Both the position numbers and the translations under genes were made by a program. Below, one piece after another: positions 45,802 to 55,675 of a stretch of DNA of 64,000 nucleotides. This DNA is from a virus: positions 537 through 64,536 of the IMG/VR virus record IMGVR_UViG_3300029906_000187; one strand, 5' to 3'. Below the pieces are notes generated by a model. The model was given only the letters and a program-made list of their open reading frames with translations, searched no databases and was not told the DNA's origin. Each line of letters opens with the position of its first letter. Within the stretch, counting starts at the first letter, position 1.

Positions 45802-48057
45802 TTATGTACGGTGGTAAGAAAGACGCGCGCGGTAGCTGACGCCCGTACTCGACGGGGCGCCGTAGCAACCCCAGTAACAAGGCCCGGCGTACGAGCCATA
45901 GGTCCAGCTGCCGCCGACCAGCGCCGCGCGAACTGCGTAGCGCGGGTAATAGTAATAATCACTGTAATACGTTGTCGAGCCCGCGCCGATCTCCGATGTA
46001 ATGCGTACCCAAGGATACCGACTGTCAATACCGAGCTTTTTGGCATACCCATCCTGTGACGGAATATTGTACTGCAGCGCGACATAATCCTCTGTGATCG
46101 TCCCGTTTGCGTACTTTGTCGGATCGGGCAGATAATACGGGGTATACGTGTACGGGCTGTCGTCCGTGCCTTCTCCCGCGCGCTGTATCAGTATGTCGGA
46201 AATATAATTGAATACATTGCCATACGGAGATTCTTTTCCTCTGTATACGCAATTGTATTTGCCGCTTGTGTTCGACGTTGGTGACCCGCTTGACGCAATC
46301 ACGCTGTTGCAGGTGCCGTTGACATATCCGGCAGTCCATACAATATTGCCGACCGCGATGTCCACCGCCGCTCCGTCAAAGGCGATCGCCGAGTTGCTGT
46401 CGTCATATGCCGTAATGGCGGTAACAATCCGGTTTTCCGCGATCTGCGACCCTCCGAGCGATGTGCCGATACAGATGGTCTGACCGACGACATAATCAGC
46501 AGCCGTCGCTGTGGATACGATGATCTGATTGGTATCCGTTCCGGCAACGGTCGCGGTATCGCTGGCGCTGTACGGCAAACTGGTTGCACCCTTCATAACG
46601 GTCTGCACATCCCGTGTGGCAAACTCAACCCACATATACAGGCACTCGGTATACTGCTCGGCGCAGGTTGTCACAATATAGGCGTCTCCGGCTTTTTTGG
46701 CATCCGTCATCGCGCTATTAAGCGAATATATGTTGGGGAATACGCCCGTGCGGGATGTGGGTTTAGCGTCAACCAGTGCCATTGGGTAAGCCGCGGTATA
46801 AGCCTTCTGATACGGCGCGTCCTGACCTCCGTTTTTCAGAAAGATCGGTGCGGGGGAGTATCCGGCCAGAGGCGTTGCCGAGATGGCGATCTCCTCCGCG
46901 TCTCCGTCGTAAATATGACGGTAATAAAACAGGGAGTGCTCCACCCATACCTCTCCATTTGAACCATCTTCCACATATCCCGGTTCGCCTTTGTATGCGT
47001 TCACGACAAAGTTTCCGGATTCGTCCCAATACCCGCAGCAGCGACGGCGGGCAGACCACGGGTAAATACTGTCAAAGTCGTTCTGCGGGGCTTCCGTGTC
47101 CGTTCCGACGCCCGCGACCAGTCCGACGGCATTGTACAGGCGTGTCACGGTCGCGCCGCTATTTGCAGAGCCTTCAAAGCGCACGCCGTATCTCTCTCCC
47201 GGTCGATTTTGGTAGGTAATGCTCATCGGCACCGCTTGACCGTAGGCATTGACCGCTGTGACCGTTGTAGCGCCGTCCACATTGATCAGGTTGTCATCCG
47301 ACAGAAGGTCGGACAAATCCGTTTCCACCGCCTCGGGAAGCACATAGACCACGGTAACCGGTGTTCCGCTTGCATTCTGCTCCGCAAGATATGTTTTCCA
47401 TGCATCCACTGTTTCCCATGCCGTCTTGGACACACCGAAATCCAGCGCGTAACCGGCGCCGGGGGTCGTGTCTCCGCTGTACAGCGCGTTCTCTTCCGCA
47501 TGATATGCGCTCCCGGAATCATACGCAAAATGGCTGCACAGCTTGGCCTTGAGTGGATTGCACTTCATATTCAAAATCACATATCTGGTGAAATCGGTGA
47601 TCGATGGGTCAATGCCGCCCACGCTCCAGCTTTCGGTACCGTCCAAAACGATTCTCTTTACGATCTGCTGATAGGTCTTGGTTTCGGTAGAAACATCCCA
47701 AGTCACCAGATTGGAATCCGTTTGGCTGATGCCGTCTCCATAGCTGTCAAGCGCACGCACACCAGACGGAATTGCAAGTGTATTTCCATCTTTGGTGGAA
47801 TTGCTTTGCACCGCTGTCACTGCGGATGCCTGCAAGGTCAATGCATCCTCATTTTTGTACGTCATCCCGCCGATGGAAGTCACCTCGGCGTAGGGGAGCA
47901 CCCCTCCGGGAACCGTTGCGGCATAGGCAACACCCGTATCGGTCTGTGCAGTGACGTTCTGCTGCAGATTTGCAATCAGCTTGTTGTTCCGCTTCGCCAG
48001 CGCTCCTTTGATTTGATAATCCTTGGCTTTTAACCGAATATCGTTAATCTCTGACAT
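45802..48057 (-). CDS. DGR target protein (fibre/adhesin with C-type-lectin-like C-terminus)
   Basis: Ends RAALVGGSWTYGSYAGPCYWGCYGAPSSTGVSYRARLSYHRT. Confidence 0.9.
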   Translation of the reverse strand: MSEINDIRLKAKDYQIKGALAKRNNKLIANLQQNVTAQTDTGVAYAATVPGGVLPYAEVTSIGGMTYKNEDALTLQASAVTAVQSNSTKDGNTLAIPSGVRALDSYGDGISQTDSNLVTWDVSTETKTYQQIVKRIVLDGTESWSVGGIDPSITDFTRYVILNMKCNPLKAKLCSHFAYDSGSAYHAEENALYSGDTTPGAGYALDFGVSKTAWETVDAWKTYLAEQNASGTPVTVVYVLPEAVETDLSDLLSDDNLINVDGATTVTAVNAYGQAVPMSITYQNRPGERYGVRFEGSANSGATVTRLYNAVGLVAGVGTDTEAPQNDFDSIYPWSARRRCCGYWDESGNFVVNAYKGEPGYVEDGSNGEVWVEHSLFYYRHIYDGDAEEIAISATPLAGYSPAPIFLKNGGQDAPYQKAYTAAYPMALVDAKPTSRTGVFPNIYSLNSAMTDAKKAGDAYIVTTCAEQYTECLYMWVEFATRDVQTVMKGATSLPYSASDTATVAGTDTNQIIVSTATAADYVVGQTICIGTSLGGSQIAENRIVTAITAYDDSNSAIAFDGAAVDIAVGNIVWTAGYVNGTCNSVIASSGSPTSNTSGKYNCVYRGKESPYGNVFNYISDILIQRAGEGTDDSPYTYTPYYLPDPTKYANGTITEDYVALQYNIPSQDGYAKKLGIDSRYPWVRITSEIGAGSTTYYSDYYYYPRYAVRAALVGGSWTYGSYAGPCYWGCYGAPSSTGVSYRARLSYHRT
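45815..45930 (-). repeat. DGR variable repeat (VR1)
   Basis: 15 mismatches to TR over 116 bp, all at TR adenines. Confidence 0.97.
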
Positions 48058-48072
48058 GTCATTCCTCCTTTA

Positions 48073-50067
48073 TCAAAGTATCAGCGTGGTTCCCACGACG
48101 CGAATGCGCGGGGGCTTCAGACGAGGGTGAACGGAACAGAACCACCCAGAGGATGCTTCATTGTAGTTCCAGATATTGTATAACACCCCAACATTCAAGC
48201 CTTCACTCGCTCTTCCGCCGCGAAAGAGGATGGTATTATAAGCGTTTTGACTGTTGCTAAAATAGTCCCCTACTGGGTTGGTACTGGTACCACCGATAGC
48301 CGTACAAAATGGCGGTATGGACAGTGAACCGGAATAAGATAACATACCCAAAGTTTGAATAAAACCACCCGTGGTAGGCAACACAAGCCCAGTATCCAGA
48401 TGCGCAGATGTGTCGAGCGCATCGTACTCGTCGGCTTGTTCATCACTGGCAGCAATCCAAATATGTTGGTCCGTGCCATTCTTATATGCGCCAAGTGTGT
48501 ACAACCACATGTTGCCATACAGCACCATGCCACGGTAATATGCGTTACATTTGCCGTTTGTGCCGATGTACCCGGACTTGCTGCCGATGGAAGCATCTGC
48601 TTGGTTGGTAAGCCCGTGTACAGACCAGTAATTGTCCGTAGTAACGGTCACCGAGGCGTTCAGCGTTACATCCAAATAGGTCGGATCACTGCCTGCCTGC
48701 GCGGAAACAACGTAATAAGAGCCAACCTGATTGCCTCCGTCCGATGTTCCGATGTCAAAGATGGCTCCGGGGATGCACGAATTTGTTCCGGCGGATGCCA
48801 GCACTTTCACCACTGTGCTGTTGGTTGCCGCTTCCGCAATCTGGTCGCTTGACTGGCGGTACAGATTGGATACACCGTTTCCAATCGCACTTTGACTGTT
48901 CATGGTTGCATACTCAACCACAAACAAGAGCGTATCCGCATCGATGGAATAGATGCTGTCCAGCGTCGCACCGTAGTTCTTGGCGTAGGTGTGCAGTGTG
49001 CTCAACGGAGTACGCACCGCCGGAATACCCGTTAAAGGCAGTAAGCAGGTGGTCGGCTCCCCGTTGATGGTCTTGCTGACTGCCCTGCCGTGCCACCGTC
49101 CACCGATGGATTCCGGGTAGTGCACATAACCGCCTACCGGCTTGTCCGTCACGTCGAAGTACCGATACGTGCCGTCGTCCCAGCTCTTGCCCCAGAATTC
49201 AGGTCGATACCGCCATACGCCGTTCGTGTGCGTATACGAAAAGCTGTCGTCTCCCTCCCACGCCACCACGCAGTCGGTCAGGCTTTGGTCGGACGAAAGG
49301 TATTGATATTTATCCAAGTCGATGTTGCACAGCCGGATACCCGACCACGGATAGATGTTGTCAAACGGATTCTCATAGCTGGCGTTCACCGAGCCGAAGT
49401 ATCCGAAATTCTCCGTGTTTGTCGTGATTCCCGCCGCGCTTCCCATCCGCGTCAGTTGCGCCAAGCTCTTGTCCCACCGGGCGGTGTAATGGTATTGATT
49501 GACAATCGGATTGAATGCGTACACATCAAACGAATCCGAGCTGCCGTCACTTTTCTGAACGGTGATCGGCGTGACCGTATACCCATTCTCCTGCTGGGCG
49601 CTGCCGCTTGTGACGCTGGAAATACTCACTCCATTCTTTGCGGATATGTCAAAGGTCTGTTCGGTTCCGTCCGAAACCGAAACCGTAATGGTGGTTGTCG
49701 TGTATCCGTTATCCTCTTGCGGCTCTCCAGCCGTGATAGAGGAAATGGTGACACCGTTTTTCACAGATATTGTAAATTGCTGCTGTGTCCCATCCAACAG
49801 CGAAACCGTAATGATGGTTTTGCTGTAATCTCCGTCAATGGTTGGCGTTCCCGCTGTGATCTGTGTAATAAGTGCGCCATCCAAGAGCTTCTGCCAATAT
49901 GATTCCGAGGATGTGCCCGGCGTGATATTGGCCGGTACATCTACACGCGCCACATAACTGGAGCCATTGTAATACACAACGTTGAGTTGGTTATAGGTAG
50001 CCGAACTGTTCCAGTTTCCCTTTCCTACAAACCCCACAACACCAATTGTCTGGGTGATACCTGCCAT
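48073..50067 (-). CDS. Fibre/adhesin paralogous to the DGR target; N-terminal CBM-like motif and three ~39-aa repeats
   Basis: KGNWNSSATY...YNGSSYVA...YWQ; 3x (T/S)I..IT.G.....Y..T.ITV...DG....F; shares FD.IYPWS, VE(F/Y)AT, YRG...YGN with 45802-48057. Confidence 0.8.
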   Translation of the reverse strand: MAGITQTIGVVGFVGKGNWNSSATYNQLNVVYYNGSSYVARVDVPANITPGTSSESYWQKLLDGALITQITAGTPTIDGDYSKTIITVSLLDGTQQQFTISVKNGVTISSITAGEPQEDNGYTTTTITVSVSDGTEQTFDISAKNGVSISSVTSGSAQQENGYTVTPITVQKSDGSSDSFDVYAFNPIVNQYHYTARWDKSLAQLTRMGSAAGITTNTENFGYFGSVNASYENPFDNIYPWSGIRLCNIDLDKYQYLSSDQSLTDCVVAWEGDDSFSYTHTNGVWRYRPEFWGKSWDDGTYRYFDVTDKPVGGYVHYPESIGGRWHGRAVSKTINGEPTTCLLPLTGIPAVRTPLSTLHTYAKNYGATLDSIYSIDADTLLFVVEYATMNSQSAIGNGVSNLYRQSSDQIAEAATNSTVVKVLASAGTNSCIPGAIFDIGTSDGGNQVGSYYVVSAQAGSDPTYLDVTLNASVTVTTDNYWSVHGLTNQADASIGSKSGYIGTNGKCNAYYRGMVLYGNMWLYTLGAYKNGTDQHIWIAASDEQADEYDALDTSAHLDTGLVLPTTGGFIQTLGMLSYSGSLSIPPFCTAIGGTSTNPVGDYFSNSQNAYNTILFRGGRASEGLNVGVLYNIWNYNEASSGWFCSVHPRLKPPRIRVVGTTLIL

Positions 50068-50307
50068 TTAATTTTTGTCTCCTCTCTCTCTATGATACAT
50101 TTCCAGTTTGCTGATGCGGCGCTCATGCTCCAGAAAGTCCTTGTCAATCTTTGTATTGCGCACGGTCTGCGTTTCCATAAACGAATTCAGACGGTCTATC
50201 GCATCCTCCAGACGGACAAGCGTTCCGTTCACCTTCACAACCACGCCGCAAATGGTGACAAGCGCCCCCATCAGGGCAATGAGGCCAACGACAATTTCCC
50301 ATGTCAT
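50068..50307 (-). CDS. Small single-TM coiled-coil protein (holin-like)
   Basis: MTWEIVVGLIALMGALVTICG...HERRISKLE. Confidence 0.55.
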   Translation of the reverse strand: MTWEIVVGLIALMGALVTICGVVVKVNGTLVRLEDAIDRLNSFMETQTVRNTKIDKDFLEHERRISKLEMYHRERGDKN

Positions 50308-52133
50308 CCAGTATCCCCTCCTTTCCGGGATGCCGCCTCCGCAGAAACCGTTCCGGCATCCAGAGTTTTCTCATTCCCCTCTGTGACGGTATCATTCTCC
50401 GGCCGTCCGCCGGAATTGGATTGTGTGTAGGATGTAGTGGGCGGCATCAGCATATCCGGCAGTCCGCTGTCCTTGACCGCCGTCATCATTGCGAGCTTTT
50501 CGAGCAGGCTTTCCCCATCCAGCGCCGACAAAATGTAGTGGGCGGACAGATCGCCGTTCGCAATCGCCGTCTGCGCATGTTCGCGGGTTTTCTCATCTGT
50601 GTAAATGGAACCGAACATGTGAAAGCCCCAATTGTAGCGCAACCCGATGCTGTGGTACAACTCGTTCATCATGCGCTCGAACTGGCGGTAGATGCAGGTT
50701 GCATATCGGCTTTCCAGCTTGGAGGAGATTTCGGCCTGCCCAGCCTTGACGTCCTCATCAACGGGAATGATACCGGAAAGCCCGGCCTTGCCCATGCCGT
50801 ATCTTTGGAAGGAAGCTGAAATGTCATTCGCATTGGCGCTCTCCGGGAAATCATGGCTCTTGATGTTCTCCACCGGCGCGCTGAAGAACGCTGCACCTCC
50901 GGTGGCGTTCCGCGCCATCAGTTCATTGAAGAAGCTCTCAAACAGAGCGCGCCCCCCAAGAGACAGGCGGTAACCGTTTTCAATCGTGCTCCCGTTATCG
51001 GTAAAATACGGAATTTCTCCGGTGAATATTTTAATCAGGGGATTGAGCAGCAGCGAAAGCTGCGCAGCCTCATAATCGCTCTGCTGCGAATAGGTCAGCA
51101 TCAGGCCGGAGAGTGGGGACGCAACGTTTGCAGTGGTATCGTCGATCTCATATGTCCATACCCGGTCGATGGGCAGAGATACATAGTAAAACCACCTTCC
51201 GTTCTGCTCAAACACACGCGGGCTTCCGTATGCGTCATTCCGCACGTTGTTCGGATGGAAGCAGACCGTTCCGCCCTTGCAGGGCAACATAACGGAATCC
51301 GTGGAGTGGTAGATGTAGTTTTTCTTTTTTCCGGTCGGCGGCGACGGTTCCGAAAATGCCCGGTTGAAATCGTTCAGATACGGTATAAAGAGATCCCCAT
51401 AGGCCGTGACGTCCGTCCCCGGCTGCAGGAAGTACATCATATTGAACGATGCAGTTTTCCCGGATATGTTGTTCTCACCGATCAGTGTGCACCAATCCGT
51501 TGGAAGCTGCTGCAAAAACGCATAGTTGACTTGGTTATGAGACTTGTCAACCGAATACCGCAGCAGGTAGAACACCTTCCCTTGTGTCATCGCCTGTCCG
51601 ACAATCGTATGCGCGGTCTGCTCCGGCCGGATATGCCGGTGCAGCTCGTCCAACAGGTATGCCTCGCGCCAGAATGCCGCGGAATCAAACGATTCCGTCC
51701 GCAGGCGTGCGGGCGCGGCGTAATATCGGTAGGTCAAAATATCCTGATAGGTCTTGATGATCTTGTAGAACGGATAAGCCGTCCATTTGAGAATTTCCGC
51801 TGTCTGCCGCAGCGGCAGCTCGCTGCTGTACGGATGCCGCAGAAACTCCCCGATGTCCTCCTTGGTATAGTCCGCCGGCAGGGAGGAAATGCCCTTGACG
51901 CGCATGTTCTGAACCTGTGGCTGATTGGCCCAGTACATGCCCGCGCGCCCAAATGCGGCGGCAACCGAATTGTACGGGAGCGCACCAACGTAGCTGTCCA
52001 TCGTCTGCTGGAATCGCTCGATCAATGCGGACCATGAGCTTGTACGCTCAACCGGATTGGCTGGCGTCTGCGCCGGGTTCTCCTTGGCCGGTGTTACCGG
52101 CTTCTTGCTGTTTGGCATTTTCCTTTGGTTCAC
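50304..52133 (-). CDS. Portal protein
   Basis: 609 aa after the terminase; C-terminal PPTTSYTQS...GGRP. Confidence 0.75.
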   Translation of the reverse strand: MNQRKMPNSKKPVTPAKENPAQTPANPVERTSSWSALIERFQQTMDSYVGALPYNSVAAAFGRAGMYWANQPQVQNMRVKGISSLPADYTKEDIGEFLRHPYSSELPLRQTAEILKWTAYPFYKIIKTYQDILTYRYYAAPARLRTESFDSAAFWREAYLLDELHRHIRPEQTAHTIVGQAMTQGKVFYLLRYSVDKSHNQVNYAFLQQLPTDWCTLIGENNISGKTASFNMMYFLQPGTDVTAYGDLFIPYLNDFNRAFSEPSPPTGKKKNYIYHSTDSVMLPCKGGTVCFHPNNVRNDAYGSPRVFEQNGRWFYYVSLPIDRVWTYEIDDTTANVASPLSGLMLTYSQQSDYEAAQLSLLLNPLIKIFTGEIPYFTDNGSTIENGYRLSLGGRALFESFFNELMARNATGGAAFFSAPVENIKSHDFPESANANDISASFQRYGMGKAGLSGIIPVDEDVKAGQAEISSKLESRYATCIYRQFERMMNELYHSIGLRYNWGFHMFGSIYTDEKTREHAQTAIANGDLSAHYILSALDGESLLEKLAMMTAVKDSGLPDMLMPPTTSYTQSNSGGRPENDTVTEGNEKTLDAGTVSAEAASRKGGDTG

Positions 52134-52452
52134 CTCCTTTCAGTTTTTTCTTCTCGATCTCGCACTCCCGTTCAAACGCATCCAGAAATGCCGACATCAC
52201 TGCCTGATAGTCCTCCCGGTTTTCCTCCATTGCTACCCGGTTCACCTCGAGCTTGGACATGCGCAGCCATCGTCTCTCCTCCTGCGTCAGGCGGCTCTCA
52301 TTTGCCGGGGGAACCATACGGAAACCATCGCCCGGGTCTTGGTTGGTAAACAGCAGCAGATACCCGGATTGCGGATTGAAGTAGGAATATGTTTCATGTG
52401 GGATACGGGTGTACCTACCGATGTATAGTCTGTACTGGTTGTTGCTTTGCAT
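52048..52452 (-). CDS. Hypothetical protein
   Basis: 134 aa between terminase and portal; AAAGGGG RBS. Confidence 0.65.
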   Translation of the reverse strand: MQSNNQYRLYIGRYTRIPHETYSYFNPQSGYLLLFTNQDPGDGFRMVPPANESRLTQEERRWLRMSKLEVNRVAMEENREDYQAVMSAFLDAFERECEIEKKKLKGGEPKENAKQQEAGNTGQGEPGADASQSG

Positions 52453-52464
52453 GGTATCCCCCTT

Positions 52465-54306
52465 TCAGAATCGTTTTCGCAAGGACAGCAGTCTTGCGCG
52501 CTCACCGGCAGATACCGGCCCCGATACGACTGCCGGATGTTTCTCGAAGGTTTCAATCGCCTCCGACCATGAGGATTTTGCCCGGTAGGTCTCCTTTACC
52601 AGAAGCTCCTCCAGCAGCGCAGCCAAGCGCAAGCCGTATTTGGCCGCCGACCACCGGTCGCGCTGAATCGCCGCACTTTTGCGCTTTTCCTTGAGAGAGA
52701 CGCCGCTGACCTCGGTTTTGAGGTTCTGAATCTCCTGGCACATACCCTCTGTCTGCTTATACGGCACGGCAATCTTTGCATCCTGAAAATCATCCTTGAT
52801 GCCATGGAACAGCTTATAGCTTTCTACGCCGTCCATGACATTGGCCGTCAGAATTTCCACATTTCCCTGCTCCCACTCCCGCCGTGCATAATCAATCATG
52901 GCGCCGTCCTCATCGGTTCCGCCACGCGTGTTCGCCTTCAGAGGATAGATCACGGGCAGAGCGTCAGGCTGTTCAATATCGGTATACGCCATATGCCTAT
53001 AGCAGCACAGGTTCGGAATGCCGTCGCCGGAAGGCTTCATCAGCTCCTGCACAACGGTTTTTCCCACCGAGCGCGCGTCCACCACAAGATAGGTGGTCTC
53101 TCCGCCGCTCATGCAGAACCGGTACCAGAGTGCCCGGATCATGGACGCCTGAATCGCTTCGGTCTTTGGCGGAGGATAGCTGTTTACCCACACCGCCTGT
53201 TTGAGGTATTTGTCACGCTTGGAGGGAGTGGAAAACCGCGTCAGCTTCCACACCACATCCGCACACTTCGCGTTTTTCTGCCCTTCCTCATAGCTGACGT
53301 CGTGTGCGACAATATAAATCACGTTCGGATCTCCGCAATGCCGATCCTCCATTGTCATGAGCTTTTTGCTGCGTGACAATATCTCGTCAGACAGCATGGG
53401 ATTGTCGCTGCTTCCCATGTATCTGGAGCACATCTCGCGCATCCAGTTCTCGGCTGAAAGCGACGCTTTCATTTTGCGGAAATAGCTGATGCTGCGGATT
53501 CCTCCGACCAGCGCAGATACCCAGGACATGTCAATCGCGTACCCCTCATACGGTTCCCCGTACAGCATATCCCGCAGCGCCTCATAGCGGTATTTGGTGT
53601 ATGCCCGGTTCTGCCGCGTGGAGGCGTTTGAGATGAATCCGGTTTTCAGATTGATATGCACCGGGTCTCGCTTCTGATTGACGTCCCGCTCAATCCGGCA
53701 GGTGGGCAAAATGTCCATCTCGAACTTCTCCATGTCAAAGGATTCCTTGCCTTCCTGCGCGGCTTCCTCCGCAATGACCTGCGAGCAGTTGTCTCCGCGC
53801 GGTGCATACATGGTGAACTCCGACCCGTAGTCGGTGGTAATCCGAAACATCCCCTCCCGGTCGTTGCGGCGGTGCCACATATCGGCCAGAATCGGGTAAT
53901 CCTTTTCGATCTGTTGGAACGTCTGCGCGGCCAGCTTTGCCGCCTGCTGCTGGGCGGGCGCGACATACCGCATAATCTCCCCCGGGAACAGAACCCCTTC
54001 AATCATCTTGGACAACAGCATGACATATGTTTTGGTCAGCCCGCGGCAGCCTGTGATATACACATTCCGGTATCGCGCGATCACCCGCATCATGATCCGC
54101 TGCGGAAATTCCAGCCGGTATCTTGCGTTCGGGCTGCGCAGCATATCCGCCAGATAGTCGGGATACCATCGGAAAAAGCTGATGAGCAGGCTGGCGGAAT
54201 CCCGGTTCACCGTGTCATAGTCAAAGGTTTTCTCTTTTTCGGCCTTCAGCCAGCGGCCTAACTTTTTTGAGTATCGCTTGCCTTCTCCTGCGTATCCGGT
54301 CGGCAT
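52465..54306 (-). CDS. Terminase large subunit
   Basis: GCRGLTKT Walker A-like, IAEEA Walker B-like, AHDVS, VDARSVG, DRWSA nuclease motifs. Confidence 0.9.
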   Translation of the reverse strand: MPTGYAGEGKRYSKKLGRWLKAEKEKTFDYDTVNRDSASLLISFFRWYPDYLADMLRSPNARYRLEFPQRIMMRVIARYRNVYITGCRGLTKTYVMLLSKMIEGVLFPGEIMRYVAPAQQQAAKLAAQTFQQIEKDYPILADMWHRRNDREGMFRITTDYGSEFTMYAPRGDNCSQVIAEEAAQEGKESFDMEKFEMDILPTCRIERDVNQKRDPVHINLKTGFISNASTRQNRAYTKYRYEALRDMLYGEPYEGYAIDMSWVSALVGGIRSISYFRKMKASLSAENWMREMCSRYMGSSDNPMLSDEILSRSKKLMTMEDRHCGDPNVIYIVAHDVSYEEGQKNAKCADVVWKLTRFSTPSKRDKYLKQAVWVNSYPPPKTEAIQASMIRALWYRFCMSGGETTYLVVDARSVGKTVVQELMKPSGDGIPNLCCYRHMAYTDIEQPDALPVIYPLKANTRGGTDEDGAMIDYARREWEQGNVEILTANVMDGVESYKLFHGIKDDFQDAKIAVPYKQTEGMCQEIQNLKTEVSGVSLKEKRKSAAIQRDRWSAAKYGLRLAALLEELLVKETYRAKSSWSEAIETFEKHPAVVSGPVSAGERARLLSLRKRF

Positions 54307-55361
54307 TTCGTTTCTCCTTCCGCCGGACGCAACGGCATCAACCCGGCGTATTTTCTGCGCTTTCTCTGGTCATCGGTTTCTATCCCGTCAAATTCTCCGT
54401 AGGTGTCCTCTACCATCAGCTCTTCGGGAAGCTCGTTGAGCATAAAAAGATCGGCATTTGCCCGCATGGAATTCATCATGTCCATAATGCTCTGATCCAC
54501 CACATCAATGGTTCCGTGGTACTTCGGCTTGCAGATAAAGTTCTTTTCCAACGCCTGTATGGTCTGCTCGCAGTTCAGCAGCTTTCCCTCCTCCATCACG
54601 CCGGCTTTTTCCATCGCGTCTACCAGCGCATCCAGTCGCAGCGCCTCAACCGGCTTTTCATCCTTCTTCCGCAATTGCTCCGAGGCCATAATGCTGTCAA
54701 TCGATTTCTGCACCTTGTCCAACCCATGTGCGTCTCCGATTGATTGCAGGTAGTCCATCGCCAGCGCCAGCTTGCACACCCGCCGCAGTGTCATTTCAAT
54801 CTGGTCAGTGATCGTCTGCCCCTTGTACTGCGATGTGCGCGCTTCATACGCACGATCCAGTTCATCGTATACCTGCGTGCTGACGTCAAACCCTTTCCAT
54901 ATCGGCATTGTCCCCCACTTGGTTCTCTGCTCCTCCGTCCCCGGCAGCTTCGCCATACGTTCCCGCTCCACACGGCAATACCTCGAAAAATCCTTTTCGG
55001 TCAGCTCCTTGCCGAATATACGGAAAAGCATCGTCACTCCGTCCTTAAAGCCTGTCAGCTCCCCGTTCTCTTTGGCATATTTCCCACTGTCGTACAGCGC
55101 CTCATTGTACCAGCTCCACCGACTGTCCCGGTACGCAAACCCATCTGTCCCAAAATCTTCAGGAATCAGCAGTGGCTCAAGGCGCACATTGAATTTGGCA
55201 CAGGCCATCCACAACGCAATCGAATATCCGTTGCTCTCGGCAAACTCCATGTATATCCTGTCCTCGCACTCCACGCAATAGCGGCTGATCCCGTCCGCAC
55301 GCTCATAGCTGTTTTCTTCGGTCAGCTCTATTCCGCATTTCGCACATCGCCTCTCTTCCAT
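54258..55361 (-). CDS. Terminase small subunit-like protein with zinc ribbons
   Basis: CAKCG/CVEC N-terminus; immediately upstream of TerL; start set by GGAGG spacing. Confidence 0.55.
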   Translation of the reverse strand: MEERRCAKCGIELTEENSYERADGISRYCVECEDRIYMEFAESNGYSIALWMACAKFNVRLEPLLIPEDFGTDGFAYRDSRWSWYNEALYDSGKYAKENGELTGFKDGVTMLFRIFGKELTEKDFSRYCRVERERMAKLPGTEEQRTKWGTMPIWKGFDVSTQVYDELDRAYEARTSQYKGQTITDQIEMTLRRVCKLALAMDYLQSIGDAHGLDKVQKSIDSIMASEQLRKKDEKPVEALRLDALVDAMEKAGVMEEGKLLNCEQTIQALEKNFICKPKYHGTIDVVDQSIMDMMNSMRANADLFMLNELPEELMVEDTYGEFDGIETDDQRKRRKYAGLMPLRPAEGETKCRPDTQEKASDTQKS

Positions 55362-55407
55362 CTGCATTACCTCCAGCCCTTCTCAACACCCCAATTGCTC
55401 CCAAACG

Positions 55408-55439
55408 AAAAAAGGAGCCAAACTCCTCGCTTGGCTCCT
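55408..55439 (-). terminator. Intrinsic terminator upstream of the late operon
   Basis: AGGAGCCAA/TTGGCTCCT stem + T6 on the minus strand. Confidence 0.85.
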
Positions 55440-55670
55440 AATGGTTCTATTTTCTACTTGATACCAAAAAGATGGTACAGTTATCCCATAGCAGCTCTGC
55501 GAGCTTTTTACGGGCCTCTAACTGGACCATCTTCTTTTTATCCGGGCTTTATTTTTTGATTCCTACCGCATTCCACATTGCGCCTCTTTGTGAGGCTTTA
55601 CGTTTAGTGGTTCTAAATTGGACTTATAGTAGTATTTTCACCCAGATTTACCACATTATTCTATTTTTCA
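55408..55670 (-). ncRNA. Candidate ~260-nt structured leader RNA/sRNA
   Basis: Promoter upstream, no ORF, stems 55468-55483/55519-55533, GCCTC/GAGGC and AGCTC/GAGCT, then a terminator. Confidence 0.5.
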
Positions 55671-55675
55671 CACAC

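Noticed and set aside
45461-45930. Three spaced repeats as a CRISPR array
   Set aside because: Repeats are about 116 bp, adenine-biased in divergence and next to an RT; no cas genes
48073-48240. 3' end of the upstream fibre as a second current DGR target
   Set aside because: Protein-level resemblance only; no nucleotide alignment to TR
55414-55439. HDV-like ribozyme (TCCTCGC loop)
   Set aside because: No P3/P1/P2 pseudoknot pairing; explained as a terminator
55560-55660. c-di-GMP-I riboswitch (ACGTAAAGCC resembles ACGCAAAGCC)
   Set aside because: No GAAA-capped P2 stem in the right register
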